From positions 434,001 through 498,000 of the forward strand of contig BAAIJX010000010.1 in assembly GCA_054600435.1 (NCBI GenBank): a stretch of 64,000 nt of DNA, in the 5' to 3' direction. Of this stretch, positions 1 through 10,736 are shown in pieces. The notes below the pieces were generated by a model. It saw only the letters and a program-made list of their open reading frames with translations, searched no databases and was not told the origin of the DNA. The position numbers were made by a program, and so were the translations under genes. The stretch comes from Neophaeotheca triangularis. Lineage: Eukaryota. The stretch's first letter is position 1. Every line of letters starts with the position of its first letter.

Positions 1-990
1 GGTACTGGCCGAAGAAGCGTGGAGAAGGGCGATGTGGAGGGGGAGGGTTGAAGGGTTGTAGGGGTCTGACGAGAGGATGCGCGTGGTCAGTTGAAGGGCT
101 GCTGGGGTTTGGGAGGCCGCTGCGAGGGATTCGGCTCGGGCTAGAAGGATGTCTGGGTTGTTCTGGAGGTGATAGTGAGTGCTGAGGGTTTCTATGGCGG
201 TTGTGAAAGTCTCAGGTCGAGCGTATTTGGAGAGGCGGGTGGTGTAGAGTTGGCGGGTGAAGTCAGCGGCTTCCGGGGCGGAGTTGTCGGAAGGGTTGAC
301 GGTGTCGAAGTCCAGCGATTCGAGAAAGTCCCACTCTTCCCCAGGTGCCATGAGAGAGTTCTTCATGAGTTGATCGAAGGCTTCAAAGCATTGAACATCG
401 ATTCCTACGGCGTCTTTGTAGCACTGCTTTGCCTTGTCGAAAGCGTTGTGTTTGGCATGGCACAAGCCGCGTAAATGGCACATTGCGGCTTCGTATTTGA
501 AGTTCTTGCTGTCCTCCTTGTCTCGCTCCTCGCTTCGATCCATGCGCTCCGTCCTGTGCGGCTGCTTACCACCTTTCTTCGAATGAACGCCATTGGTGAC
601 ATGCTGCAGTTTCCGCCGTGCAGAGTCTGTAGTTGTGACGAGGTGAACGGGGTTCTTATCACCGAGCAATGCTAGCGCGTCCTCGTGTCGGTCTTGTTTG
701 ATGTAGCAGTGGGCGGCGAGATACTTGCAGGCGGGGGAACGAGATAGAAGGTCGGGTTTGGCAACAAAGGATAGAGCGCGAGTGTAGTTCCCGGCCAGGA
801 AATGGGCTTGCGCCAGCTCGTAAGCGTCTTCGTCCGAGTCTGCTGAGTATGAGCTTTGCTTTCTCGTCAAGTGATTGTGTCGGGGACGCGCACTTGTCAA
901 GGCTAGCAACTTGTCGCCGACAAAGATTGCTGTGTGATGTTCATGATTGCTGAGGGCATCTTTACGCCAGTTGCGTAGATATGTCTCCAT
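1..990 (-). CDS. CDC16: Anaphase-promoting complex TPR subunit APC6/Cut9/Cdc16, 5' part (runs off the left edge)
   Basis: Manual translation: ATG at 990, METYLRNWRKDALSNHEHHTAIFVGDKLLALT, GT-AG intron 893..840, then NSDEDAYELAQAHFLAGNYTRAL...YEAAMCHLRGLCHAKHNAFDKAKQCYKDAVGIDVQCFEAFDQL. This matches the fungal Cut9 N-terminus. Not captured in the ORF track. Confidence 0.9.
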   Translation of the reverse strand, partial: METYLRNWRKDALSNHEHHTAIFVGDKLLALTSARPRHNHLTRKQSSYSADSDEDAYELAQAHFLAGNYTRALSFVAKPDLLSRSPACKYLAAHCYIKQDRHEDALALLGDKNPVHLVTTTDSARRKLQHVTNGVHSKKGGKQPHRTERMDRSEERDKEDSKNFKYEAAMCHLRGLCHAKHNAFDKAKQCYKDAVGIDVQCFEAFDQLMKNSLMAPGEEWDFLESLDFDTVNPSDNSAPEAADFTRQLYTTRLSKYARPETFTTAIETLSTHYHLQNNPDILLARAESLAAASQTPAALQLTTRILSSDPYNPSTLPLHIALLHASSAST

Positions 991-1432
991 GTTTACCGCC
1001 TCAATCAAGCTTCAAGATTGCTTTGGATCAACGAGTGAGGGGGAAGTCATGCGCTTTGGAAGGGATGCCTGGTAGAAACTGCTCAAAGGTTAGTACTAGT
1101 AGTTTGGAATGGAATTGAAAGGGTAAAATTAGATACGCAACGGGGCAGTACGAACCTGTAGTAAAGCGAAAGAGGTAAGAAGGAGGCCTGACCTCAGGTG
1201 CCATGTCTGAGGTTGATTGTTGACGCGCCAAAACTACCCCCGGCTTTAGACGGCGATACCTTACGATAAGGAAGCTTATCTATCTCGGCTGACCTGACTG
1301 ATGAGTCGTCAGTCGCCCTCACCTTTACAAACCACCTCCTCCTTTGCTTCAGTTCCCTCATCACTCAAAACATAAACTCAGCCAACCGGCGACTTACTCT
1401 TCACCAAAACCCACCCATATAAATCACCCAAC

Positions 1433-2347
1433 ATGGCCGAACGCAAAGTCCTCACCAAATACTATCCCCCAGACTTTGACCCCTCCAAACTCGAGAAGCG
1501 CAAAAAAGGACCGAAGCAAGTCGGTCCCAAACAGCAAGTCGTCCGCCTCATGGCGCCTTTCAGCATGAAATGCACCTCTTGCGGCGAATACATCTACAAA
1601 GGGCGCAAATTCAACGCGCGCAAAGAAACTACCGAGGAGAAATACCTCTCCATTACAATCTTCCGGTTCTACATCCGCTGCACCCGATGTTCCTCCGAGA
1701 TAACGTTCAGAACCGACCCCAAGGGCATGGACTATGAGTGCGAGAGGGGAGCGCGTAGAAATTTCGAGATGTGGAGGCAGCCCGGGGTGCAACAGGTGGA
1801 GACGGAAGAGGAGATGCTGGAGCGAGTGAGGCAGCAGGAGGAAGAGCGCGATCCCATGAAGGAGCTGGAGCAGAAGACGCACGATGCGAAGCGCGAGATG
1901 GAGATTGCGGATAAGCTCGATGAGATCCGAACTGCGAACGCTCAGAGGGAGAGGGTGGGAAGGGAGGGGGCTGGGGTGGTTATGGTTAGGGATAGTCGCG
2001 ATGAGGAGAGGGAGGCGATTGAGAGAGAGTTGGAAGAGCAGGCTAAGATGGCTTTTACGAGTGGGACTGGGGAGGTGGTTAGGAGGTGTTGGAATGATGA
2101 GGAGTTGACGGGTGAGAATGGGGATGGAGGATCGCACGCCTCGGCTGTGCCGAGTTTCCAGCGCCAGAAGAAAACCAAGAAGGACTTTGCTTCTTCGCTG
2201 GGGATTAAGAAGGCCACGGTTGCCAATGAGCAGGCTGATTCGACCAAGACTGCTCCGGTTACGACCGTCAAAGCGGCTCCAGCCCCTGCAGCTGCTCCCA
2301 AGGCCTCACTCATGGTCGACTACGGTTCCGATGATGACGACGACTGA
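1433..2347 (+). CDS. YJU2: Splicing factor YJU2/CWC16 (CCDC94 family)
   Basis: N-terminus [48 protein letters not shown] and [18 protein letters not shown] zinc knuckles. Intronless, head-to-head with CDC16. Confidence 0.95.
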   Translation: MAERKVLTKYYPPDFDPSKLEKRKKGPKQVGPKQQVVRLMAPFSMKCTSCGEYIYKGRKFNARKETTEEKYLSITIFRFYIRCTRCSSEITFRTDPKGMDYECERGARRNFEMWRQPGVQQVETEEEMLERVRQQEEERDPMKELEQKTHDAKREMEIADKLDEIRTANAQRERVGREGAGVVMVRDSRDEEREAIERELEEQAKMAFTSGTGEVVRRCWNDEELTGENGDGGSHASAVPSFQRQKKTKKDFASSLGIKKATVANEQADSTKTAPVTTVKAAPAPAAAPKASLMVDYGSDDDDD

Positions 2348-3593
2348 ACAACTATCACTTGAGTTGGATCAGCGGTACCTAGGGAGTACGAGTAACGATG
2401 CTGCCCATACTTTGCGAAACCACCTTTTTCACGCTATGCGAGAAGCTGCGACACAAGCAAACAATGTTTTCATACGCCCAATGACGAGTCACGAGCGAGA
2501 AAAGCGTGTGTCGCACTTGCACTACTACGCGCATGAAGAACGCGCAATTCAACCCCGCCGACTAAATGCCATGCGAGTTGGCACAGACAGAGCGGTCGCA
2601 CGCAGCGGCGAACGAAACCCCTTGGCGATTCTCCGTTGAAAGACTGATGCGCCTATCGGGTCTGGCGACTTGCAACGACGGATGATGTGTCAGATCAGAG
2701 GAGGGAAAAGATATAACGATAAAGAGGTAGCACTGTAGCCACGTCAATTACTGCAACTAATACACTCACCGAATCAACGCCTTTCCCGTGTAACATATAG
2801 CCCGCAGCCAACATCTAACATTCCGCAAATAATTTAGACCAATAAAAATTAGAGGCAGACCGGTAGGCCGTCTATCGTAACGGCATGCCTACCTAGGTAC
2901 AGGCTACAGCTCCCCAAACCCCCAGGATCGGCGATATTAACTTTCGACTTAGAAGCCTTGACGCTCTTCTCTTCCGCGGCCCGAGCCTTGTCGCAACCTC
3001 GACTTTTTCTTCTCAGCCCCTATCGTCACAGCCCGCCCACGCCCGCCTTGATGCGCTCCAAGCTCCTCGGAGCGCAGAAACTCTCTGCCAAACACCACGC
3101 GACGGCGCCGGTGACAAACAATCTAGGAGGTACTACTTCTCTCCACAGCGCCTCCCCGTCGTGCCCGTCCATCTAGACGCATCGGTCAAAGTAAGCGAAG
3201 CTGCAGAAACACCAAGCGGTAGCAAGACGGCAGAGGACGACGTCTTGCAAGGCTTGTTGAGTTGAGTTTTCGTTGTTGAACGTGCCAACACACACGAATG
3301 GCCCGATAATCGTGCTGGAGCGCCGTTTCACTGCCACTTGTATCTTTTGTTCTCGTCTTTTCTTTATGCTGCTTCCCTCCCTCTCCACCTTTACCTTTTG
3401 CTCCTCGAAACTGGGGTGCTGGGGAGTTGGCGTGGAACTTGCATTACTCGCTTTCCTTGACTTCCCTTTCACAAGACTCTCTGCTGCTCTCCTACTTCTG
3501 CTCCTCCCTACACAACCTCAACGTCTTCTCTTTGAACTCTCTTCTTCAACTTGACTTTGTCTCGATTTACCTTGGTCAATCATCAAGTCGACC

Positions 3594-4913
3594 ATGTCAG
3601 AGACTTACGAATATCTCGGCGTCGACGCCAAGACTGGTCGGGACGTCTACGTCGAGCGTGAACGCCCTCGATCACGGCAGCAGCAACGATCTTTCCCGAT
3701 ACAGGCGTATGAGCAACAACCACCCGAGAGTGCAGGGAGGGAATTGACGGTTTCTCGACGAGAACCGGGGCTTGGGTATGAGACGGAACGGGATTACAAG
3801 GTTGGATATCATGGCAGAAGCGGGAACAGGGGGTATGATAATGGGCAAAGAAGCCAGGAAGGGGGTTGGTATGATTCACGAGGCTATTGGGATCGAGATA
3901 CCAGACCGAGGAGTCGGGGACGAGTGAGAGCGAACGAGTACGATAGAGCCGTGACGACAGGACATCGCCAACCCGACCTAGACTACCACGGAGACGACTA
4001 CGACGAATACTATGGCGAATCCTACGCGCCCCGCCAGCGATCCACGCACTACGACTCCCCCCGCCATCACTACGACCACCACCGCAACAACTCCCACCAT
4101 CCCCGCCATCCCCGCCTCTCCTCACGCTCCCGTGCGAAACCCCCAGCCCCCCGCTCCCCTTCCACCCACAACAACCTCAAAGACCCCTCCCCAGACCGCC
4201 ACAAGACCCGTCGACACGCCATGCGCGACCAACAAGCCCAAATCAACGAAACCGCCAACAACGACCGCGACGCCAACAAGCGCGGCCGCTGCTGGTACAG
4301 TCTCAAACCGCGCCGCGAAGCCGGCTGGATCGAGCGCAATTTCGACAGTAGCTACGACGGCGTCATTGCCGCGGCGGCCGGGGGGGCTATGGGAGCTATC
4401 ACGGCGCGCGGGTTCACTGGCGGGGTCCGCAATGGGATTCTCATGGGCCAGCGGGACGCGCATGGTGAACACGGCAGTGGCGACAAGGATGGCAAGTGGA
4501 ACCGGGAAGCGGAGAGGGGGCGAGGGTCACAAAGCCGCGGAGCACAGAGCCGCGGTCGCAGCAGTAGCGGCAGCGGCAGCAGCAGCAGCAACGGTGGTGG
4601 TGATGGTGGTAGTGGCACCCACAATCGCCACGGCCGCCGCCGCAGCGCTAGCGTCGAGAAGACTAAAAACCGCACGAGACAGGGTTTCAGCCGTCCGGAG
4701 CCTTCGCCCGGCGGCTCGGAGCTGCAGCTTGATGATCAGGAGCGCGAGGCTGGGCGGAAAGAGGGCTGGAGTCGGGGATTGAAAATGGCGGTTGGAGGAG
4801 TGGTTGGCGCAGCTGCGGCGAATTTCGCTGAGAATAAGGTTAGGCTTTATAATGAGCAGAGGGAAGTCAAGCCTGAGGAGCGGTGGTGTGAGGTTGTAAG
4901 GGGGTTGGGCTGA
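3594..4913 (+). CDS. Hypothetical Arg/His-rich protein with two glycine-zipper-like hydrophobic segments
   Basis: 439-aa ORF with a pyrimidine-rich leader and accATG context. Contains GVIAAAAGGAMGAITA and AVGGVVGAAAANFAE segments. Confidence 0.65.
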   Translation: MSETYEYLGVDAKTGRDVYVERERPRSRQQQRSFPIQAYEQQPPESAGRELTVSRREPGLGYETERDYKVGYHGRSGNRGYDNGQRSQEGGWYDSRGYWDRDTRPRSRGRVRANEYDRAVTTGHRQPDLDYHGDDYDEYYGESYAPRQRSTHYDSPRHHYDHHRNNSHHPRHPRLSSRSRAKPPAPRSPSTHNNLKDPSPDRHKTRRHAMRDQQAQINETANNDRDANKRGRCWYSLKPRREAGWIERNFDSSYDGVIAAAAGGAMGAITARGFTGGVRNGILMGQRDAHGEHGSGDKDGKWNREAERGRGSQSRGAQSRGRSSSGSGSSSSNGGGDGGSGTHNRHGRRRSASVEKTKNRTRQGFSRPEPSPGGSELQLDDQEREAGRKEGWSRGLKMAVGGVVGAAAANFAENKVRLYNEQREVKPEERWCEVVRGLG

Positions 4914-5352
4914 GGGGGCTCTGGATTGGGGGCCGGGATGCGGTGGTGTTCTGGGGTTTCGCGAGTGGTACTGTGTATTCTTTGTGAGGGGGGGACAGAT
5001 GTCAGCACCCATGCCTCTTTTCGAACGGTATACCCCTAAAAGCTCCACGAAGCCATTGATATGTTTCGCATTAGTAATGGCAAGCAGAGACCTATCTTAC
5101 CTATAACATCCATGTAATGTTGTACTACGAAGGCCCTATCGCACGCATTCCGAATCATCCGACCTACACCACGATAACGCTTGCTCAGTGCTCATCCACA
5201 GCCATGAACGCCTCTTTCAATATGCGTCAATATCAGCACCAAGATCTTTCTATCGAAAGCAGCAGTCCGGCTTGACTGATGGATCAATAGTAATATCAAA
5301 TCGTCACTTCGTGGAGTCACAAAGTCGTTTGTCTCGAGGTCGCCACGCACAT

Positions 5353-6490
5353 ATGAAAGCCTTCCTGCACACTTAACAGGGTGAGTTCGGCTTGAATGAC
5401 TGCACCTCTTCCGTTCCGCTTGCGATATGCCTGCACCGCCTGTCTTCATTCTTGCGGCCACGGGTTTAGCTACGACCTTGCCGGTCTTCTCGAAGTGAGG
5501 TACCAACTCGGCATCAAGCACTAAAAACCCCTTCCCAGTTGAGTCACCACGCACTGAGGCTGAATTACCAGACAGCATTTCGACAATGGCAGGCTTTCCG
5601 CTACCTTGGCTCAATGCTACGTTGACAGCATCGAGACGGTGAATCCTTTCGTACGCCACGTCAGTGAAAACCATGCCACCCGCTCTTCCGCCGCGAAACC
5701 TCACGCATGCTTTGCTAGGTCATGGAAGTCAACCGGTACTGGCGCGAGATAGCAGAGGGGCTTGACCGCGAACGGGCAGAGGGCAACGTACGCGGTCCCC
5801 TGCATGGCACTCGCGTAATTGTCAAAGACGACATGGGCACCGACGACAGGATAAACATGACCGACGGCAACCTCGCCCTGCTCCGTAGCAAGGTTGTCAA
5901 GGACGCTTTGGAGGTGCGGAAACTCCGCAAAGCGTGCGTGATCTGATCATCCTTGGCCACGCAAACATGTCGCAAGATATCAACCATCGCGCTTCCATTG
6001 ACTTCTCCGAGGACTGGTCGGACCGCGGTGGGCAGACGCGCGACCTTTGGAACGGCACGCATTCCACCGCTGTCAGCTCGGATACAAGCGCGCAGGCTGT
6101 TGCCGGTCACAATGTCCCGATAAGTCTTGGCACTGAAACGTACGGTGAGCGAAACCCTCTTCACTCCGCGAGTCGATTCGATACTGATCAAGAAGGCACC
6201 CGCTGGCTACGGAGGCGTCGTCGGTCGCAAACCCCGAGTCAGCCTCACCAGCCGTATCGGCGTGGTCCATGGCCGACGAAGGCAGCGAGCTAAAGTACAA
6301 GAAACTCACCGAGAAGACACCCCACCCCACCCCCTAAATCACAGAACGGCTACTCCGTTCGAACTTTTGCGCGGAACGTGCGCGATGCGGCTTTCCGGCT
6401 CGATGCAATGTGCGGGCCTGACGGAAACGGTGGTAAGATGGGGAGAGAGTCTTGGAGATTTCCCGAGCGGGCAGGTGGTTCGGGAGGTTT
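5353..6490 (+). pseudogene. Degraded secreted amidase-signature (GatA-like) gene
   Basis: Fragments in several frames: HFDNGRLSATLAQCYVDSIETVNPFVR, LDRERAEGNVRGPLHGTRVIVKDD, IILGHANMS, VPISLGTETYG, GGVVGRKPRVSLTSRIGVV. Frameshifts and stops are present, the GGSS motif is eroded to AVSSDTS, and the C-terminal half is not recognisable. Ends are approximate. Confidence 0.8.
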
Positions 6491-6819
6491 GAGAAAGCGG
6501 TTGGTTGGATGTGGAAGTGGGAAGCACCGACAGCTCGGTCAAGGGGCTGGTGCGGCGTGTTCGGAAGACGGTCCAAGTGTCTCGGGGCGGAGCAGCATGA
6601 TATGGAGACTCGTGGGTTGGAGTCGTTGGCTACCTGTTCGATACTGCTGCTAGAGCGGGCTTTCATGCCATTCTAACTCAGGGATGTATTCGCACACGAG
6701 AGGCTTAGTGTCAGATTACACAAAGGCGCGGCATTCCCCGACCTCTATCAACCTAGCTCGCCACCCTCACAACCCCTCAGGTCAGTCCTCTCCCTCCCGC
6801 TCACCTAGATCCCCTCCCC

Positions 6820-8772
6820 CTAAGCTGGACTCCCAAGCCCTTCCGCTCGCCCTTCCCCCTCCCTCTTTTTCCCACCCCACCTCCCCCCCTTCTCCCCCTT
6901 CATCTCCCCAACCCACTCCCCGACCCTCCTAACCGCCCGCCTAGGCTGCTTCTTAAACCGCATCAAAAAGTTCTGAATCTCCGCGGGCGTAAAAGCCGCG
7001 CCAGGAACCTCGGCAGCAAAAACCTCCGCCAACGACCCCAACTCGCCGGGCCGCAGACTCGGAAGTTCATCCTCATCCTCATCCCCATCCCCATCCCCAT
7101 CAACCACAACCCCGCCATGCACAGAAAACGCGGTTTTGGCATCCGTGGGCGCAGAGGCGGAAGACGGCGTGGCGTACATGCGCAAGAAGAGTTCGGAGAC
7201 TTGGGCGGGCAGGGCGAGGCGGAATTGGACGCGGCGGTCGATGCGGCCCGGGCGGATCAGCGCGCTGTCGAGTTTTTCCGGGTGGTTGGTTGTCATGATG
7301 AGGACGCGGCCTTCGTGGGTGGCGACGCCGTCGATGGCGTTGAGGAGGCCGGAGAGGGAGATGCCTGTGTTGGGTGGTTGGGTGGGGGGTTTGTTGGCGG
7401 CGGCGGCGGCGGCGCGGGCGTTGGGGCGGTTTGTGGAGGCGGGGGTTTTGGTGGAAGGGCTTGGGTTTGTGGAGGGGGTGGAGCGTAGGGCTTTGGCGAG
7501 GTCTTGGATGGCTTCTTTGAGAGTCATGGATGCGTCGTCGTCGTCCTTTTTAGCCTCTTCTTTGGTCTTTTTGCCATCCTTTTGGCCGTCGTCGACTTGA
7601 CTTTCCTTCTCTTCCTCGTCCGGTTCTCCCTTTTGCTTCCCCTCCTGCTCATCGTCACTCTTCCCATCCCTAATCAACCCCGCTGCATCAATGTCCTCCA
7701 TCAACACAATACACCTCCTGGGCAAACCATTAAACAACTGCATCAAATCCCCCTCAGTCAAATTCGGCTCTTGCAAACTAATAGCGAAAATCTCCAACCC
7801 AAAAATCCCCGCCAGCGCAAAACTCAAACTCGTCTTACCCGTTCCCGGCGGCCCGTGAAACAGATACCCCCGTCGATACGGGATCCCCCTCGCAGCGTAC
7901 CAGCGCGGGCTCGCCGGGTGCAAGTACTCGTTCATGTCCTTTTGGATCATAGCCTTCTGGGCGGCATCCAAGATGACGGTTTCCATGGGTCTGCTGGGGC
8001 GGGAAGAGGTCTTGCTCCAGGCGCCGCCATAACGGGCTCTGTCTTTGGGCGTCGGGTGGCGGATGGTGGTGGTGTTGCGCTGGCGGTCGAGCGACCAGAC
8101 TTTGATCTCGCGCAGGAGTTCGCGGATCGGCTGGATGCTGCGACCGATGCAGTCGAGCTGGAGCACGTCGTCGTCGCTTTGGGAGTTCCAGGAGACTGTG
8201 ACGGATTGCGAATAGGGGGAGTGGGAACGTTTGAAGAGGAAGAGCCGGCCGCCGTGCCAGAAGTAGTTCATGGTGCCGTAGTAGGGTTCGTAACGTGGGG
8301 GTACGCGGGCGGCCCATTTGTTGTAGTTGAACTTGCCGTTGGCGTCGAGGGCGGCGGCGGCACCTGTGTTGTCCAGGGTGTCTTCCCATTGCGTGCCGCG
8401 TTGAGTTTTTGCTTTGACTGAACGTTGCGAGGAGGTGGTTTGGTGTGCCTCGAGCCAGCTCATGATCATGTCGAAGAGGTCGTCCGAGTCGTTGACGTGG
8501 ACCGAGGAGACGAAGAGCCTTCGGAAGGTCTGTTCGATTTGTTTGGCAAAGTATTGGCCGCCGGTTGTGAGGGCGAGGAGGATTACGCCAATGGAGACGA
8601 AAAGCGAGATGTCCAGGCCAAAGGCGGCGAGGATATAGTTGGATATGAGGCTGTAACCTGGTATTAGGGAGTCCAGGAGGCTTGGGGGAAGTTCAGTCAA
8701 GGTCATGTTGGTGCCGTTGGCGCCTTGTGGAGGCTGAGAGCGGATGGCGTAGGAAAGCTGCCTGAAATCCAT
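6820..8772 (-). CDS. BCS1-like mitochondrial AAA ATPase
   Basis: N-terminal TM segment and BCS1_N-like region, WYAARGIPYRRGYLFHGPPGTGKTS (Walker A), IVLMEDID (Walker B), SLSGLLNAIDG, MTTNHPEKLDSALIRPGRIDR. Confidence 0.92.
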   Translation of the reverse strand: MDFRQLSYAIRSQPPQGANGTNMTLTELPPSLLDSLIPGYSLISNYILAAFGLDISLFVSIGVILLALTTGGQYFAKQIEQTFRRLFVSSVHVNDSDDLFDMIMSWLEAHQTTSSQRSVKAKTQRGTQWEDTLDNTGAAAALDANGKFNYNKWAARVPPRYEPYYGTMNYFWHGGRLFLFKRSHSPYSQSVTVSWNSQSDDDVLQLDCIGRSIQPIRELLREIKVWSLDRQRNTTTIRHPTPKDRARYGGAWSKTSSRPSRPMETVILDAAQKAMIQKDMNEYLHPASPRWYAARGIPYRRGYLFHGPPGTGKTSLSFALAGIFGLEIFAISLQEPNLTEGDLMQLFNGLPRRCIVLMEDIDAAGLIRDGKSDDEQEGKQKGEPDEEEKESQVDDGQKDGKKTKEEAKKDDDDASMTLKEAIQDLAKALRSTPSTNPSPSTKTPASTNRPNARAAAAAANKPPTQPPNTGISLSGLLNAIDGVATHEGRVLIMTTNHPEKLDSALIRPGRIDRRVQFRLALPAQVSELFLRMYATPSSASAPTDAKTAFSVHGGVVVDGDGDGDEDEDELPSLRPGELGSLAEVFAAEVPGAAFTPAEIQNFLMRFKKQPRRAVRRVGEWVGEMKGEKGGRWGGKKREGEGRAEGLGSPA

Positions 8773-9624
8773 GTTGATGAAGGTGGTGTCGGAGTGCAGG
8801 TTATGGCAGGTAGTTTTGTTAGGAAAGGATGGTGGTATCGGAGTCCAAACTGGTAGGATTCTGTTGGAAAATGGATGATAGTATTAGGATCCAGTAGATT
8901 GTAGTTGTCTTGTAGAGATGGACATTAGTTGCAGGTCGTGAGTGCCGTATATAAAGTCGACAACCAAGAGTGGCTCACAGCTATACTTTAATATGCCCTG
9001 TAGTCAATCTATCAGAGAATAAAAAACGACTAGTAACTTAAGATCAAACACAGCAGCCGTCTCGTGCGTATAGTCAGTTCTTCTATATATACAGAATAGC
9101 AACCGCCACGCAAAGGAACTCTAACCGGTGACTGCCTGAAAAGGCTTATATACAACCAGTGATTGCCGCTATGCCGCCTGACTCACAAACTTTCTCTCTT
9201 TGTGTTCACCCCAAAGCCATCTACCTTGTCAGAAGAAAGGGGGGGAGAGACAGAGAGAGAAAGCCAGTCACAGGTCCAAGACATCCGAGTCAAGGCCATC
9301 CACGGAAATCGTCAACAAGAGCGTCAAGACCACAGCCGCCCAAGAAAATGTCAAAACCTCAAGAGTTGTGGCCGTGATGAGAAGTTATGGATGGCCGGCA
9401 AGGTAGATGTAGTGGGCGGCACGAGTGGCGTCCAGACGGTGGCAAAAGACGTTCGCTTACATACTCACCACACTCGGAACTTTTGCGAGCTTCTTGGCAT
9501 ATTTGCAAGTTCACTCCAAGTACGAATGTCTACCTTGTGCATCAGCCTAATGGAGCCGGAATGGATGGATGGAGAAAATTAACGACGATGCCCTGGATAC
9601 ACTCTCGAGCGAGGTAACTGAGAT

Positions 9625-9713
9625 CCGCTTTCCCGGGTGACAGTAAAACCGGGACAAAATTTCAGACACTCTCTAACATGTTGTCCCGCTTTTACTGTCA
9701 CCCGGGAACCGCT
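9625..9713. mobile_element. Miniature inverted-repeat element (79 bp, 9630..9708) with 28-bp TIRs and a 5-bp target-site duplication CCGCT
   Basis: Left arm TTCCCGGGTGACAGTAAAACCGGGACAA (9630-9657) and right arm TTGTCCCGCTTTTACTGTCACCCGGGAA (9681-9708) match at 27/28 as inverted repeats. CCGCT lies immediately outside both arms (9625-9629 and 9709-9713). Confidence 0.75.
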
Positions 9714-10736
9714 GCCTCGAGAAGCCGTCGTCCATCTATAGATAATCCAAAAAAGCACGCCCTACCCAGTAAAGAGAAACACGAGACGAGCACATACATA
9801 CCTTTCATCACAAGACCAAGACCAAACCAAGACCAAAAGCAAAAGCAAAAACAATAAGATGAACGAACAGCTTTTTTTTTTTAAAAAAAAAAAAGACATT
9901 CCAAAACCCACCATCGACACTCAAATAAAGCTCGAGAGCAAAGCCAGCCCAAAGATAGCCAACGACAGCAACACGGCACACCGGGCCAACAGAGACAGCC
10001 CAATGCACCGCCATCATCACCCTCGACCGACTCAGCTCGTATCCAGCAAAAGATACCACCAAAGAAGACCGAAAAGCTAAAATCCTTGCCCTCCCTCCCT
10101 CCCTTCCTCCCTCTCAACAGCCATCCGCTTCGGCCAGGTAAACTGTGTGAGTGTGTAGGAGGGGTATCGTAGACGAAAAAAACCGCAAAAGGCGGCACAA
10201 ACTTCACGAACGGTCGGAAAAAATTTATTAGGGAAAAAAACAGAATAGAAGCAGGAAAGACATAAATCGTGACAACCATAAAACGCGCTTCGTTCGTGGG
10301 AGAAAGCTTTGTCTGTCTGAGAGGGAAAAAAATAAGAATTCTGGCTTCCCGTTCCTTTATACAAATAAAGCCGCCCCCGAGGGTTTGGGTAACTAATAAG
10401 CAGAACGCCCCTCGCAGCAGCGCGGAGAAAGAAGAGAAGGCCAGCTCCCTCTTAACTCAAAAAGCAATGAGGCATGTGGTTTTTGTTACTCCGAGCTTGG
10501 GCTTTGAAAGCCCATCTGAGACTCTTGTCTTCCACCCCGCGGGATTGTGTTGTTGCGTACGTACGGTTTATCCAGCGGTTTCTGATTGTTTTGATTGAGC
10601 GACCGATGCCTCTGATTGCAAAGCACAGGGTATCTAACCCCACGTACGAAAGCCCCCTCCCACCTCGCGGAAAACGCCTCTCCACATGGTGAATTGAAAA
10701 CAGCAAATTCGTTGAAAGCGTAAGCGGTGCTGACGC

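Noticed and set aside
5192..6191. Minus-strand ORFs of 170 and 158 aa
   Set aside because: They are antisense to the amidase pseudogene fragments and have no motifs of their own.
10600..10660. CTAACCC as a telomerase RNA template (also CTAACCCT near 37308)
   Set aside because: The match is too short and no other telomerase RNA elements were identifiable.
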